From the NCBI GenBank assembly GCA_964270895.1, contig OZ185448.1: DNA of 64,000 nt; one strand, written 5' to 3'. The notes beneath the pieces were generated by a model. It saw only the letters and a program-made list of their open reading frames with translations. It did not search any database and had not been told where the DNA came from. Source of the DNA: Podarcis filfolensis (lineage: Eukaryota). Positions within the stretch are counted from its first letter, which is position 1. Every line of letters starts with the position of its first letter. Shown piece after piece: positions 10,977 to 23,075 of this stretch. Both the position numbers and the translations under genes were made by a program.

Positions 10977-13200
10977 GTAAGTCCCTCTCCCCTCTCCGCG
11001 TCTGCCTTAACCGAAGCTTGGTTGTTGTTTTTTTATTTGGGGGGGGGGATAGTACCAGAGACCGCTTGGCTTGGCACTCGCAACGGTTGCTTTTGCAAAG
11101 ACAGCTTGGCCTCGGCTATTCTCCACCTGCCCCTGCAAAAATAAATAAATAATAATCTCTCCTCCCCAGATTCTTCTAATTTTGCAGGTTTGTTTGGGGA
11201 GCCTCGCCTGCCTGCCTTGCGTCTGTTTGTTGGTTCCTCTGATTTCCTGCTTGTTAGATTTTTGTATTCTCTGTGCATATTCGTTTTTAAATCTAATATC
11301 AATATTTCCTTCCTGATTTCGGGTTTGGTTTTCTTTTCGCGGCCGCTGCCGGAGATCAGCCACTTTTTCCAGAAACCTCCGCTTTAAAAAAGGGCAAATA
11401 CAATTAAAAAAAAATAATCAGGCCCAGCGAGAGGTCTTGCTTTGCGTATTGATGTCCTTTGAAAATGTAATTAATTTTCACGTGAAGGCGCATTTGTTTA
11501 TTTCGCGTTTCCCCTTTTCTTGTTATGTTTTAAACAATCTGTCTTCTGGTGGTTGGAGTCTGTTTGTTTGCATGTTCATTTTTATTTTTTGGCGGGGGAA
11601 GACGGAGATGTGAGATATGGGGGGGGGCAGGAAGTTTGTATTCACATTTGAGCGAGGCACCAGCGTCTGGACTATTCTGTGTAATTACCACGAAAGCCTC
11701 TTACTTAATCCGGGGCGATCCTGTTTGGGTAAGCTCCTTCCCTTGGCTCAGGGTCCCCTTCTGCTGCTCCGCTTCCCCCCACTTCCTTCTTTTTTATTTT
11801 CTTTTAACGTGCCGGTGGAGTCTTTAAGTGGCACGGTTAAGTAATCTTCCTTGCTCCTAATCTCCTGTAAAGACATTAGAAAACGGGGGAGGAGGGGGAG
11901 GGAGACTTTCCAACGATGCGCAACTACTTTCAAGTCTGTTCCATCAACCCTATTTAGAAATTAGAGACCCATACAGGGAGGGGGGGGCAATAAAAGCAAC
12001 TTGGACTGGCTTCCCCCACCCCAACTCCCCCCGTTTTCTGGTTGTTTGGAAGCTCCTGGATCTTTTCCTAATTTTTCAACCCCCGTTTCTGTTTGGCAGC
12101 AGGGAAACCCAGAGTTGGTTGTGGGTTTGTTTGCTCTTTTTCTTTTTTGTTAAATACATCTGGCACCATGTTGGGGCCGGATTACTGCTCAGGCTAAGAA
12201 AGGCAGCGAGTGTATTTAAACCAGCCTTGATCCTGGCCGTCTAAAGCGGGAGCGAGCCGGGCGCTTTGGCTCCGGATTCGCTGGGTAGCTCCTCTAACGT
12301 GTAAATACAATTGCCCGCTGCTCTAATTAAAGCCGCCTCCTTTTCTCCCGCCCCCGGTGGAAGCAATTGCCGTTTTCCTAATAGTGTTGTTGCTGTTGTG
12401 GTTGACTATATACCATAACATATGCACAAGGATTTACAAACAAAACAAACATATCCGCCCTCCAAAAAAAAAAAAAAAAGAACTAAGTCCTTTTAAAAAG
12501 AGAGACAGTGAGTGAATGTGAAGGAAAAACGGACAAACGCAGAGAAAATACTTTCTTCTGGGAAGGCTGTCACACGCTCTCCCCAGTCACGCGTGTGACG
12601 TTTTTGGGATGTGTTTGTTCGTTTCACAGTAAACCACCCCTGAAACCCCAGCCAGGGCAGTGTTTAGCCTCAGGATCCACCATGGGTGTGTGTGTGTGTG
12701 TGTCTGTCTTTCTAAAAACAACAAGCAACGTTTGTTTCTTTCCCAATATTTGTGGGGTTTCGAAATGTCTCGTTTGAGGGGTAGCGGCGGTGGAGTTTGA
12801 TGTGGTTCCCAGGCTCCAGCAATTTCCGATAGAGGGTCAAGAAGGAACCCCATTTCCCTCGCCTAAAAGGAAGGAGGAAGGGAGGGGCGGGTGCAGAGAC
12901 AGGTGCTCACCCCGCCACCCACCCAAGGAGTTTTTCGCCCGGCTGGATCGACTGGGCCCGGCTGTCTGTGAACTTGGGTCTGTCCTCATTTATTTCCGGC
13001 GACGGCTCTTGCCTCGACGGCGAGCCTCTGGGCTTCTGGGGGTCGAGTCTCCCCCGCCCAGCCCCCTCCCCAAGCCGCGGCTTCCCCCTCCTCGCAGCCA
13101 CCACTACTTCGTAAGAAAATGTTGGCAGCCTCCTCCCGTCCTGAGTGCTTCTTCTTCTTCTCCTTCTTCCTTCGCAGGAGCTCGGCCGTCTGGGGGGGAG

Positions 13201-15396
13201 ATGGAGTCGCTGGCCGCCGCCAGTCAGCTGGGAACTGGGAGAGACTCTGGCTCCTCCTCCTCCTCCTCGCCCCACTCCAAGCAGGAGCTGCAGCCTTACT
13301 CGGGCGCCAGCCCCCTGAAGCCCAACCAAGTCGGGGAGACCTCCTTGTATGGCGTGCCCATCGTGTCGCTCGTCATCGACGGGCAGGAGCGCCTGTGCCT
13401 GGCGCAGATCTCCAACACGCTGCTCAAGAACTACAGCTACAATGAGATCCACAACCGTCGGGTCGCGCTGGGGATCACCTGCGTGCAGTGCACCCCGGTG
13501 CAGCTGGAGATTCTCCGTCGGGCCGGCGCCATGCCCATCTCCTCGCGGCGCTGCGGCATGATCACCAAGCGGGAAGCCGAGCGCCTTTGCAAGTCCTTCC
13601 TGGGCGAGCACAAGCCGCCCAAGCTGCCGGAGAACTTCGCCTTCGACGTGGTGCACGAGTGCGCCTGGGGCTCGCGCGGCAGCTTCATCCCGGCCCGCTA
13701 CAACAGCTCGCGGGCCAAGTGCATCAAGTGCAGCTACTGCAGCATGTACTTCTCTCCCAACAAGTTCATCTTCCACTCCCACCGCACCCCCGAGGCCAAG
13801 TACACGCAGCCCGACGCCGCCAACTTCAACTCGTGGCGCCGCCACCTCAAGCTCAGCGACAAGACGGCCACCGACGACCTCAGCCACGCCTGGGAGGACG
13901 TCAAGGCCATGTTCAACGGCGGCACTCGCAAGCGGACCTTCTCCTTACACGGGGCGGGCGGCGGCGGTGGCGGTGGAAGCGCCTCCCACGCGGCCAAGAG
14001 CGCCCTTCACCCGCCGCCGCCCTCCTCCACAGACCTGCCCCCGGTGCACAAGAGCCTGCGCTGCAGCGGCGCCGAGGAGCAGCCCGGGGAGCGCGGCGGG
14101 CTGGGCTTGCCCGCGGGGGCGCACGGGCCGGCCGCCGCCGTGCGAAGCTACCCGGTCATCCCGGTGCCCAGCAAGGGCTTCGGGATGCTGCAGAAGCTGC
14201 CGCCGCCTCTCTTCCCGCCCCCCTACGGCTTCCCCGCCGCCGCCTTCGGGCTGTGCCCCAAAAAGCAGGACGATTCCCTGGGAGGCGCCGGAGGAGGCGA
14301 CCAGGTCAAAGCCGGTGCTTTGCCGCAGGGCATGTTTTGGGGGCCGCCGCACCCCCACCCGCCCCAGCCTCAGCAGCAGCCGGGGGGCTCGGCTAAGGAC
14401 AGCGGAGTCTACCCGTCCTTCCCCATGTTCTGGCCGGCCTCCGGGAGCCTCCCGGTGCCGCCCTACCCTGCCCAGAGCCAGGCCAAGGCAGCCGCCACGG
14501 CGGTTGTTGTGGCCGCGGCCGCCGCGGCCGCAGCCGCCGCAGTAGAGCCTCTGGGCCTGCGGAGCCACGGCCACGTGGAGCTGGAAGGGTCGGAGCCGTC
14601 CGGCAGCGAGCGCAGCAGCGCCACCCCACAGGAAGGCTCGGGCTCCGGGGCCGCCGACGGCGAGCGCTGCTCCAGCGCCCTCTCCAGAGCTGCGGCCGTC
14701 GGGGAGGAGGAGCGCTCCGGGGACGAAGCCTTGCTGCCCCCGCTGCCCCTGCCCAGGAAAGGCAGCTACCTGTCGGCCTTCCGCCCCGTCGTGAAAGACG
14801 CGGAGAGCATAGCCAAGCTCTACGGGACCCGCGAGGCCTACGGAGGCCCCACCGGCTGCCCGGGCTACCTCTCACCGGACTTTCTCAGCGAGGGTAGCTC
14901 CAGCTACCGCTCCCTCTCTCCGGGCAACGACACGGTGGACGAGCCCGAGGTGGACGTCGAATCCAACCGCTTTCCCGAGGACGAGGACGAGGAAGAGGTG
15001 CCCGTCGAGGAAGCCGAGGAAGCCTCTCCGCCCCAGCAGCTTCTCTTGACTGAGACCGAGGAGCCTCTTGCAGCCGTTGGCAGCGTCGGCGTCCTGGCGG
15101 CTTCGGAGAAGCCTGCGGAGAAGGCCCTGGAGCCCGAAGGGAGCCCCCCGGCCAGGAGCAACAGCAGGGGCGGCTATGAGGTGCGAGGAGGGGTGATATG
15201 GGGAAGCGGGGTGGGAACCAAGGGCGGCGATGCCAGTTCCCGCCACTCCCGTCCTCGCCTCGAATTCCACCACGATGGAGAGAGCGTGAGTCGCTCAGAA
15301 CTAGGTCTGGGCGGCTCTCCAGCGCCGGAGTGGGAGGTCGCGCGCGCAGGGGGTGTTATTGAGAGACTTTCTCCCAGCCGTGGCCGCCAGATGCAG
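13201..15396 (+). CDS. SKOR1: SKOR1 large coding exon (DHD/Ski-Sno and SAND-like domains, Gly/Pro/Ala-rich region)
   Basis: Translation MESLAAASQLG...KPNQVGETSLYGVPIVSLVIDGQERLCLAQISNTLLKNYSYNEIHNRRVALGITCVQCTPVQLEILRRAGAMPISSRRCGMITKREAERLCKSFLGEHKPPKLPENFAFDVVHECAWGSRGSFIPARYNSSRAKCIKC matches SKOR1 as I recall it (EHKPPKLPENFAFDVVHECAWGSRG is SKOR1-type). Acceptor ttcgcag|GA after a pyrimidine tract, exon start 13178. Best donor CAG|gtgggt at 15397 (phase 0). Alternative phase-0 donors at 15181 and 15286. Confidence 0.96.
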
Positions 15397-16440
15397 GTGG
15401 GTGGATGGATGGTTTAGGGCAGGACCTCGGGCTTGTGGGACCTTCTGCTTCGTTATTCTTGCTGATTTTCCATAACCTTTGCGCAAAATAGTGGCTAAGA
15501 AATAGGGAGGCTGGGAGCCCAGGCTCAGCCCAGGAATGCATGTTCCTAATAAGACAGGAGCTTACAGTCCTGCCCGATAAGGACCCCCTGCCCTCCTCCA
15601 CCCTGTTACTTGATATAAGGAGGCAGGTGGGAAGACGGACCGTTTGTAGTTTGTTAAACAATTGGGAGTCTGAGTCATCCCTGGTCTAGAAGACCAAGAG
15701 TTGTTAGGAAAGAGTGACCCTGAGCTCCGAGGTTTTGCTCGCGAGTACAGCTCTGGATTTCCCAATAGACACACCAAGCACGTGCTTGGGGCACCAGCAA
15801 AACAGGGACACGCGCTCACAAACCGATATTTTATTTTATTTTTAAGAATTTGACATTTGATTTTTAAAAAAATGCACCGAATTGGTTGTCTGTGGTCGGG
15901 GAAAATCATAACTTTGTTAGTCTTTCTTTCATCCCACTACGCGCACTTCTCCCGCTTTTAGTATTGTTTTTATTCTGAGTTACATACTAGACTGGAGGGC
16001 TGCATCATAATCTTCTAAATGCTAAGGGCCTCTTAATCTGACCCTGCAGGAGCGCAAGGTTTTAGTGAACTCTGATAAAAGAGACTGGGATGCGGGAAGA
16101 CTCTTCCAAGGGAGAGAGGAAGGAGGTCAGAAACCAATGGTTGGATCCAGCACCAGTCCACGTCAGAGCAGACCCATGAAAATTAATGAACACGACTAAC
16201 ATAGGTCCATTCATTTCAATGGGTCTACTCTGAGAAAAACTTAATTGCGTGAGACCGAATGGCTTTCAATTGCAGATTGAAAAGAAGTCTGAGAGGTTTA
16301 AAAGTTGTTTTTTTATCTGCTCAAGTAGGTTGTGGAATTATTAATTTTTTTTAAAAAAAAAGACAGGCCAGGTAAGCAAAGGATGCTGGACCAAGTGCCC
16401 CCACTTTAATTGCAAATTACTTCCCACATTTTCAGGAGAA

Positions 16441-16640
16441 AGGCCGGGCCGTAGCTCAGGGGTAGTCTAGAGACCTGTTTTGCATGCAGAAGGTCTCAAG
16501 TTGAATCCCGGGGCCTCCAGGTAAAGCTAGGCGAGATCCCCGTTTCTCAACCCTGGAAAGCCGCTGCCAGTCAGTGTAAGTAATACTGAGCTAGATGAGC
16601 CAATGACCTGACTTGGTATGAAACAGCTTTCCATGTTCCT
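16441..16640 (+). mobile_element. tRNA-Ala-derived SINE (family name uncertain); further copies near 27042-27191(-), 32000-32190(-), 32765-32860(-), 32960-33130(+), 40487-40640(+), 46018-46190(+), 54495-54665(-)
   Basis: Head gtagctcag...ttttgcatgcagaaggtc..gttgaatcc (anticodon-like TGC), body ctgccagtcagtgtag..aatactgagctagatg, tail ccatgttcct. Confidence 0.75.
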
Positions 16641-16930
16641 GGGCAAACACAGCACAAGTTAGTGAGACCCTCCTAAATCTGCGCTCTTAATAACGCATTG
16701 ATGGGATATCCGTGGGCTTGAGCCAGGCCAGCCCTGAACCACGTGATACGATTCTCCAAGACTGTACCTGCCTGGGCTGGGAGAAGGCGGGGGGTTGACC
16801 CTGATCGCAGTCGAAGTGTCAAAACCTTTCCAGTTCCGTTAATTTAGGGCTCGGATTTGAAAGTGTGCATCCCACCCGTTGCCAAAAGACCTCAAATGCT
16901 GCGAAGGCACCGCGCAGCCCTTGCGCTGTC

Positions 16931-16951
16931 TTCAGCACCGTGGACAGATCC
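16931..16951 (+). promoter_or_regulatory. Intronic RE1/NRSE (REST) site
   Basis: TTCAGCACCGTGGACAGATCC; both half-sites at canonical 2-nt spacing. Confidence 0.65.
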
Positions 16952-18463
16952 CAGCTCGCAGCGCCGCGAAGGCTGGGAGTTGGGTTAAAGCTGCTTCCGT
17001 GAAGACCGGCTGGTGGGCCCCATCTCTCCCGGAATCGAGGGGCAGATGCCATAGCAGGCATCTAATTAATAAGAAGCCCAGAGGACTTGCCTCGCTCGCC
17101 CCAATTTCTCTATGGCAGAGGCGGTGGCTTTGAACCAGGTTGCTCCGGCAACAGCCAAAGGGGCGCACCAAGGCAGCGAGCGTTTGGAAAGACGCTTCTA
17201 ATCAAATGGATTTGGGAAGGAAGCCTTCTCCCCACAGAGAGTTTTTAAATCATTGTTTATTTATTTACCGCGTTTCTGGCGCACCTTTTCCTCGAAGGGA
17301 CTCCAGGTGTGGCACATGGTTCCCCCCCCCCCCCCATTTAATGCCAACAACAACCCTCTGAGGTAGACTAGACTAAGTGAAGGCAGTGACTGGCCCGCTG
17401 CTGTATGAACTGACCCACTTGCAAAGACCCTAAAAGTCGGAGCGCAGTCCTCAGGCAAGAGACGCTGCGCGCTTGCAGCGAGGCAACGCAAGTTTCTAGT
17501 CCTCATCCCGCGCAAAACAGTTGACAAGAGGGAGAATTATCGACGCTAGGAATAAGCGGGAGGACGCTAATCGAGATAATACAATACGGGTAGGGGTCAA
17601 GGGACTGCCACAGCGACGACTCCCCCCCCCAGCCCGCTTTCTGTGGGGTGGGAGGAGAGCGGTGTCTCGCTTAGCTGAAAAGGAGAGTTCTCCTTTCAAT
17701 ATTAGGAAGTAGGTCTCCCTCCCCCTCTCCCTCCCCATTTTAACTACCTCCGATGAGACTGGATCGCCAGCATGAATCCTCCCTAAATCCACCCCCACCC
17801 ACCCCCACAGCTTCCTGGGTCCCCACACTCTTTAGACACGAAGTGTTTCAGGCACGACCCCTGGGAACTATAAGGACACGGATTACCTAGGAAGAGTCGT
17901 CACTCCCTCCACCCCCGGATCTATTGGCTGAAGCTGCTAGAATTAAAGTACTGCTAGATTTGAGGAGCTGAGAAAGGGAAGGTGGGGGTGATGCCGGGGG
18001 CGGGGGGCTGGTCAGAGGGGAGAGAAGCTTTCAGGCTTTGAAAAACTCCTGAGTTCCAAGGCTGACTTGGAAGGGGGCTAATTTTCCTCTTCCGTCCCCA
18101 ATAAATATACCTCTAAGAAAATCGCCGCTGAAGTGGCCTTTTCTGTGCTGGACAAGAGACCTTTTACACACACAGCCGCCGAAAACCCCCCACTCCTTTC
18201 CCTCTCCCCAATGGACAATTATTTTTCTGAGTTGAGCTGGAGCGGGGTCTTGTTTTCGGAAAAGCTGGGCGGGGGACAACGAAGAGTTTCCAATTTGGCA
18301 GCGTTTGGAACGCTTTTTTTGGGGGGGGTCTCACTTATTTCCTTTCAGAGAGATTTTCCCACGGCAGCATAACATTAATTAACAAATAGAATAAAAAATA
18401 AACAGTGGAGCATAGGAATAATAATAATAAATGTAGGTAACTGTTGCGCTGTTTCTTTCGCAG

Positions 18464-18563
18464 GTGTATGCGCAAGACAGAGAGGATCGGTCGCAAGCTC
18501 TCAAAGCCAGCACCCCTCTAGGCCCACAGACAACCCCTTACCTCTGCACTCCGGAGAGGAATG
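18464..18563 (+). CDS. SKOR1: SKOR1 coding exon 2 (VYAQDREDRSQALKASTPLGPQTTPYLCTPERN)
   Basis: tttcgcag|GTG acceptor, G|gtaagt donor, 100 nt, phase 0 to 1. Resembles mammalian V(F/Y)APERDEH...YVCTPE. Confidence 0.92.
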
Positions 18564-19194
18564 GTAAGTATGAACCACGTGCCTAGAGATACTTTGAAGC
18601 ATCAGGGGCGGGATTTTTGTTTGATTCCAAAAGTCTTAATAATTGCCTGAATTGATGTCAAAACGTTTCCACTTCCTTAAAAAAGTAATATTTGGCCAGA
18701 CGTTTCAAATAAACCAGGGGTCATTTTTTTAAAACAAAACTTTCACCTGCCAATATTGTTTATCTAATATTGCTATTGGCTTTATTTATTTATTTGTGGG
18801 GTGGAGGGAGGGAGAAAATAGACTATGCCTTGCAGGCGTTTAATCAAGCATGCTCTTTCCGGGGGTCGTATTGCAATGTTTTCAACTCTCCTAAGGACAG
18901 AGACTCTGCAAAGCCCACTTCTTTAAAGCGCAGCCGCGCGCCCACCCCCACCCCATAGAAGGAGGGCAGCTGGAAACGCTGCTTGAGGAAGGAGTCGGTG
19001 GAGGGGGGGGTGGTTAGAAAACTGGTGGCCGGGATAAAAGCTTCCCAAGGAGCAAGCTCCTTTCCTCTGCAAGGCGATTAGGCTGTCCCCTAAGAAGGCT
19101 TTAACGAGGACTTTGTCCTTAATTATGTAATTAAGGATATATCAGGCTCATACTTTCGTTGCCTGTGCTGCAAAATCGGTTTATTCGCTCTAAG

Positions 19195-19302
19195 AACCAG
19201 ATAAAGAAGACAATCATTCGACAGCTGAGGATTTGGAGAGCAAGAAATCCTATCAGAACCAAAGGAGCGTCTCTCAGCCCAGCCCAGCCCACACCGACCG
19301 AG
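19195..19302 (+). CDS. SKOR1: SKOR1 coding exon 3 (EPDKEDNHSTAEDLESKKSYQNQRSVSQPSPAHTDR)
   Basis: ctctaag|AA acceptor, G|gtaaaa donor, 108 nt, phase 1-1. Matches EPDKEDNHS...SQPSPANTDR. Confidence 0.94.
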
Positions 19303-22300
19303 GTAAAATGATGTGCTGACTTTGGGAAAAGGAGGGTGGGCGGCCCTGAAACCAGCCCTTTCCCAACCTGGTGGCCTCCAGGTTTTGTGGACTGCATCAC
19401 CTCCCCAACTTCCTATGGCCCTGCTGGCTGGGGCTGATGTGAGTTGCAATCCAAAACAACTGGAGGATACCAGGTTAGCAAAGGTCTTCTTAAAGGCACC
19501 TCTTGCCTGGGAGACCTACCCTGCAGAAGTAGCGGCGCATAGGAGGTGGATCAGAGGATTCCAGGCTGTGCCCCCTGCTCTTGGAGGTGCTTAGCCATCC
19601 GGCCAGGCCAGTTTCCCCCGTTGGCTAATGGCCGGGTTTACCTTCAACCAAAGGAGACTTCCTGGTGGCCGAAATTCGCTGGCATGTGCCCTCATTGCCA
19701 CCCCTGCTTTCATTGACCGAGATAATAATAAATTCCTTCACAACTGGAAGAGAAGGGTTGGTTGATGCTGATTGTTAGCGAAAGACTCGGTGCCTAGATT
19801 TGCTAGGACTTCTGGAGTTACAGCCCCTAAAACAGCCTTTCTGGGCTTGATCCTCTCCAGATGTTTTGGACTTCAAGTCCCACCATCCTCAAGCAGTCAT
19901 GGCGGGACTCTTTGACCGAAACATCTGGCTGCACTCAGACGACCACAAACTTAGGATAAAAGGGAGCATCAAGACAACCGGGTCTGCTATGAGTCCTGTT
20001 CTGGCCAGAGGTTTCACTGAGCCTCTGTACACGGATATGGGCTTTGTAAGTGAAAACTTTGCAGTAGTTCCCACTCATATTCTGTTGACGGGCTGGGAGA
20101 GAAACAGCTGTGAGCGGAAGCATTTTCACTATGTACTCAGTGGCAGTGAAAGGAGTGTTAATTTAGGAGCTGCATTCAACGAAGTCCTACTACGCACAGC
20201 AGAGACATTGAGATGAATGGACCAAAGTCAGCCATGCTCATTAATTTCAGTGGGTCGACTCTTGAGTCGAACTGACATTGGAAACAACCCTTCGTGTCAA
20301 TAGTGGCTAATATTGACTTCCCAAGTAAATCATGGGGTGTCCCCCCCCCCCGGTTTTCTTAACAACTTCAGCTGCTTTGAACTACAATTCCCACCACCCA
20401 GCAGAGCTATATAATGCTGGAACTGATGGGAGTTGTAGTTGAAATCAGTTGGGGGCGGGGAGTCGCCAGGTTGGCCAAGGCTGTTTAGGGCTACTTCGAT
20501 GGGTATAAAACTCCACCCGTCCCAGGGCTTCCGTCTAAAGTTCAATGTGTAATGTAACACGAATGAAACTTCTCGGAAGTAAAAGTGCGTGTGGCGGAGG
20601 AGGGAAAGACGTGAGCCAGGATTTATTGGGAGGGGGGCTTTATGTTAGGGGGGCTGAACCACAGTTAGCTAAATATTTTTATTGATTTACTTGATTTGGG
20701 GGCGGGCAACTGCCCCCTGCCCCCCGCTTGGCTACGCCCAAGTGAGCACAGTTCATCTTTTTTTTCAGAACTGATATATTGGACCGTAGTTAAATAATAT
20801 AAGGCAGCCCTCCCAGTTTAAAAGGGGAGAAGAAACGCCAGATGTATTGGAGATCTCAGTGAGAGGTTTGCTCTCCCCCCGCCTCCAATACATGGTAAAT
20901 AAATATTTAAAGTTGAAGTTAGGAAGAGAGAGAGAGAACGAAGGAATGGTGACGGTATAGCGAGATGTTACAAATCAAGGCCTCCTTAAACGGGGGAAGA
21001 GGGGCTGGGACTCCTCGCTGTCTCCCTTTCCGACACCTTCCACGCTTCTCTGTAATTTCGGTGATAAATTTTCCGCGCAAAGGAGCAGCGGGATTTGGCT
21101 GGGAAGAAACCGCTTGGTTTCCATTCCAGGGCGGCGGCTGCTCTGGCCCCCATCCCCAGCCAAACCGCCCTCTTGAAATTTTCAGTCGGTAGTTAATTCA
21201 GGAGGGCGACACCTGGATCCCCTCGCGAGGCTGTTTCGACGCTTTCTCCTGCCAGAGTCTTTCTCAGCCCCTTTGCAACAACAGCCCGATTTACTCGAGA
21301 GCCAGTCCCGGGACTGTCTGTGGGCTTCCTTGGAAATCGCCCCCTACCGTAAATGAAAGGTGGCAATGAGTAAGCCACTGGACTCGGCGGGGCTTACTCT
21401 CCGGCTGAGTACACCTTAGGGTCGCACCCCAAGGACCCGGAAACCGCTTAAGCTGCGGTCTGGTTGATGTGGGAACGCAGGTCCTTTGCACTGTCTAACC
21501 TTAATGTGCAATTAGTAGCACCCAGCGTTTGGTGCAGTATGCAAATCTTCTGGGTGGCGTTTAGATCTGTGAACGGCCATTCACACGTGCCTATGGTCGG
21601 GTGGTGTGTAGGGCTGATGCTGAGCGCAAACTGAGTCTGCAAGGAAGGAGGCGGATGGGATTTCTAAGCCCATCTTAGTATGCCACTTTTGCCTTTTCAA
21701 AGCCATCTTTGTTACGTCTGGTCGTGTGACTAGCGGTGTGGGAGAGATGTCGCCATTATGCCCATTTTTTCAGACGAGGACTACAGTGTCCAGTAAATGT
21801 GCTCCCAGTTCTGCCGGGTTTGTGCCAGACTTCTAAAATCCGCTGTTACACGCTTTAAGGCTCTATACTATAATATATAGAGTAGGTAAAAAGGAGGTAC
21901 GACAAGCCTAGCAGGACCCAGGGGAGATGTTAGCGACCGGGTGCAAGCGCGGTGTGCCTGGAAGCGATGGCAATGCTACGAAGGCTGAGTTCACACGTGC
22001 GTGAGCATCACTTGACAGCTCCGCTCTTGAATGCCTGAACTGGCTCTGCCTGGTGTCTGAGGCCGTGACAGGTTACGCGAAGCTCTTGCTGTTGGGCCAA
22101 TGCCGGTCCGTCCACACGTGCATGTCATCGCGTGATATTGGAGGGACGATCGAGGTATTTTCTTTCAACGTGTGCACAAATGTCGAGAAGGACTCAGAGT
22201 CTCACAGTAACTTTGATTATCAAATGTATGATAATCTCCACCAACTGCATCTCTGCTTTTGTTTCCTCCAAGTTGTCCATTGCTACTGCCCGCCAAGGGC

Positions 22301-22433
22301 AGGTGATGGGGCGGGGTGGGGGGGTTTCCCTACACTTGGCTCCTCTTGTGCCTTTGCCAGGGTGTGTGTGCGTTTTGGGGGGTGAGGGCGGAATCAGCTC
22401 TCACCCTTTGCCTTTCCTCTTTCCTGGGCACAG

Positions 22434-22505
22434 GAGACGAGGTGGTCAGCATTGACGTCACCGGGACTCAACTGGGGGAGAAAGACATTGGGAACCTCGC
22501 CAGAG
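22434..22505 (+). CDS. SKOR1: SKOR1 coding exon 4 (GDEVVSIDVTGTQLGEKDIGNLAR)
   Basis: cacag|GA acceptor, G|gtaaga donor, 72 nt, phase 1-1. Matches LDVTGTHLVEKDIENLAR. Confidence 0.94.
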
Positions 22506-22751
22506 GTAAGAGCGCCTTTTTGGTGGTTTTGCTGGACAAGGGAAGGGGGCGGGGAGAGAAGCGGGGCCTGCGCAAAGAAGGTCGAGGACAATGGGAAGCA
22601 TCTAAGGATAACTTTCACAAAGGGCTAATCCACAGCGATTCTCCCTCCCGGACCTCCACCCCTGTTATCTTCTAGCTCAGTTCCCCACCCTGGTGCCCTC
22701 TCGATGTTGTTGGACTACAGCTCCCATCAGCCCCAGCCTGCTGGAGTCCAA

Positions 22752-23075
22752 CCGAAGTGCTTCTTCGCGCAGCGTGCAGTTAAACTGTGGAACTCACTGC
22801 CACTGGAGGAAGTGACGGTCACCAACCTAGATGGCTTTAAAGAGGACTGAATAAATTCATGGAGGAGAGGGCTAATCAGTGACTGCCAGCCAGGATGACT
22901 GTATTCTTCCTCCACAGTTGGAGGCAGCAATGCTTCTGAATCTCAGTTGCTGGAAACCAGAGGAGGGGAGAGGGCTCTTATGTTAGATCCTGCTTGTGGG
23001 TTTCCCATCTGGTTGGCAACTGTGAGATCCGGATGCTGGACTAGATGGGCCTGATCCAGCAGACTCCTCTTACAT
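22752..23075 (+). mobile_element. Old CR1-type LINE 3' fragment (related pieces near 36730-36843, 38840-38990, 41465-41610, 59270-59452)
   Basis: ttaaactgtggaactcactgcca...gatggctttaaagagg and the 3' UTR motif gatgctggactagatgggcctgatccagca. Confidence 0.65.

Noticed and set aside
12790-13200. 137-codon N-terminal extension in the 875-aa ORF
   Set aside because: Starts at GTG, runs through a clear polypyrimidine tract and AG acceptor (exon start 13178), and has no similarity to SKOR proteins; most likely intron that happens to be open.
12907-15273. Long antisense and alternate-frame ORFs (326, 302, 209, 192, 160, 133 aa) overlapping the SKOR1 large exon
   Set aside because: Shadow ORFs of very GC-rich, codon-biased sequence; low-complexity Arg/Gly/Ala products with no recognisable domain.
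16446-16520. tRNA-like sequences (also the heads of the Squam3-like and Sauria SINEs)
   Set aside because: They are SINE heads followed by SINE bodies and tails; the cloverleaf is degenerate, so not functional tRNA genes.
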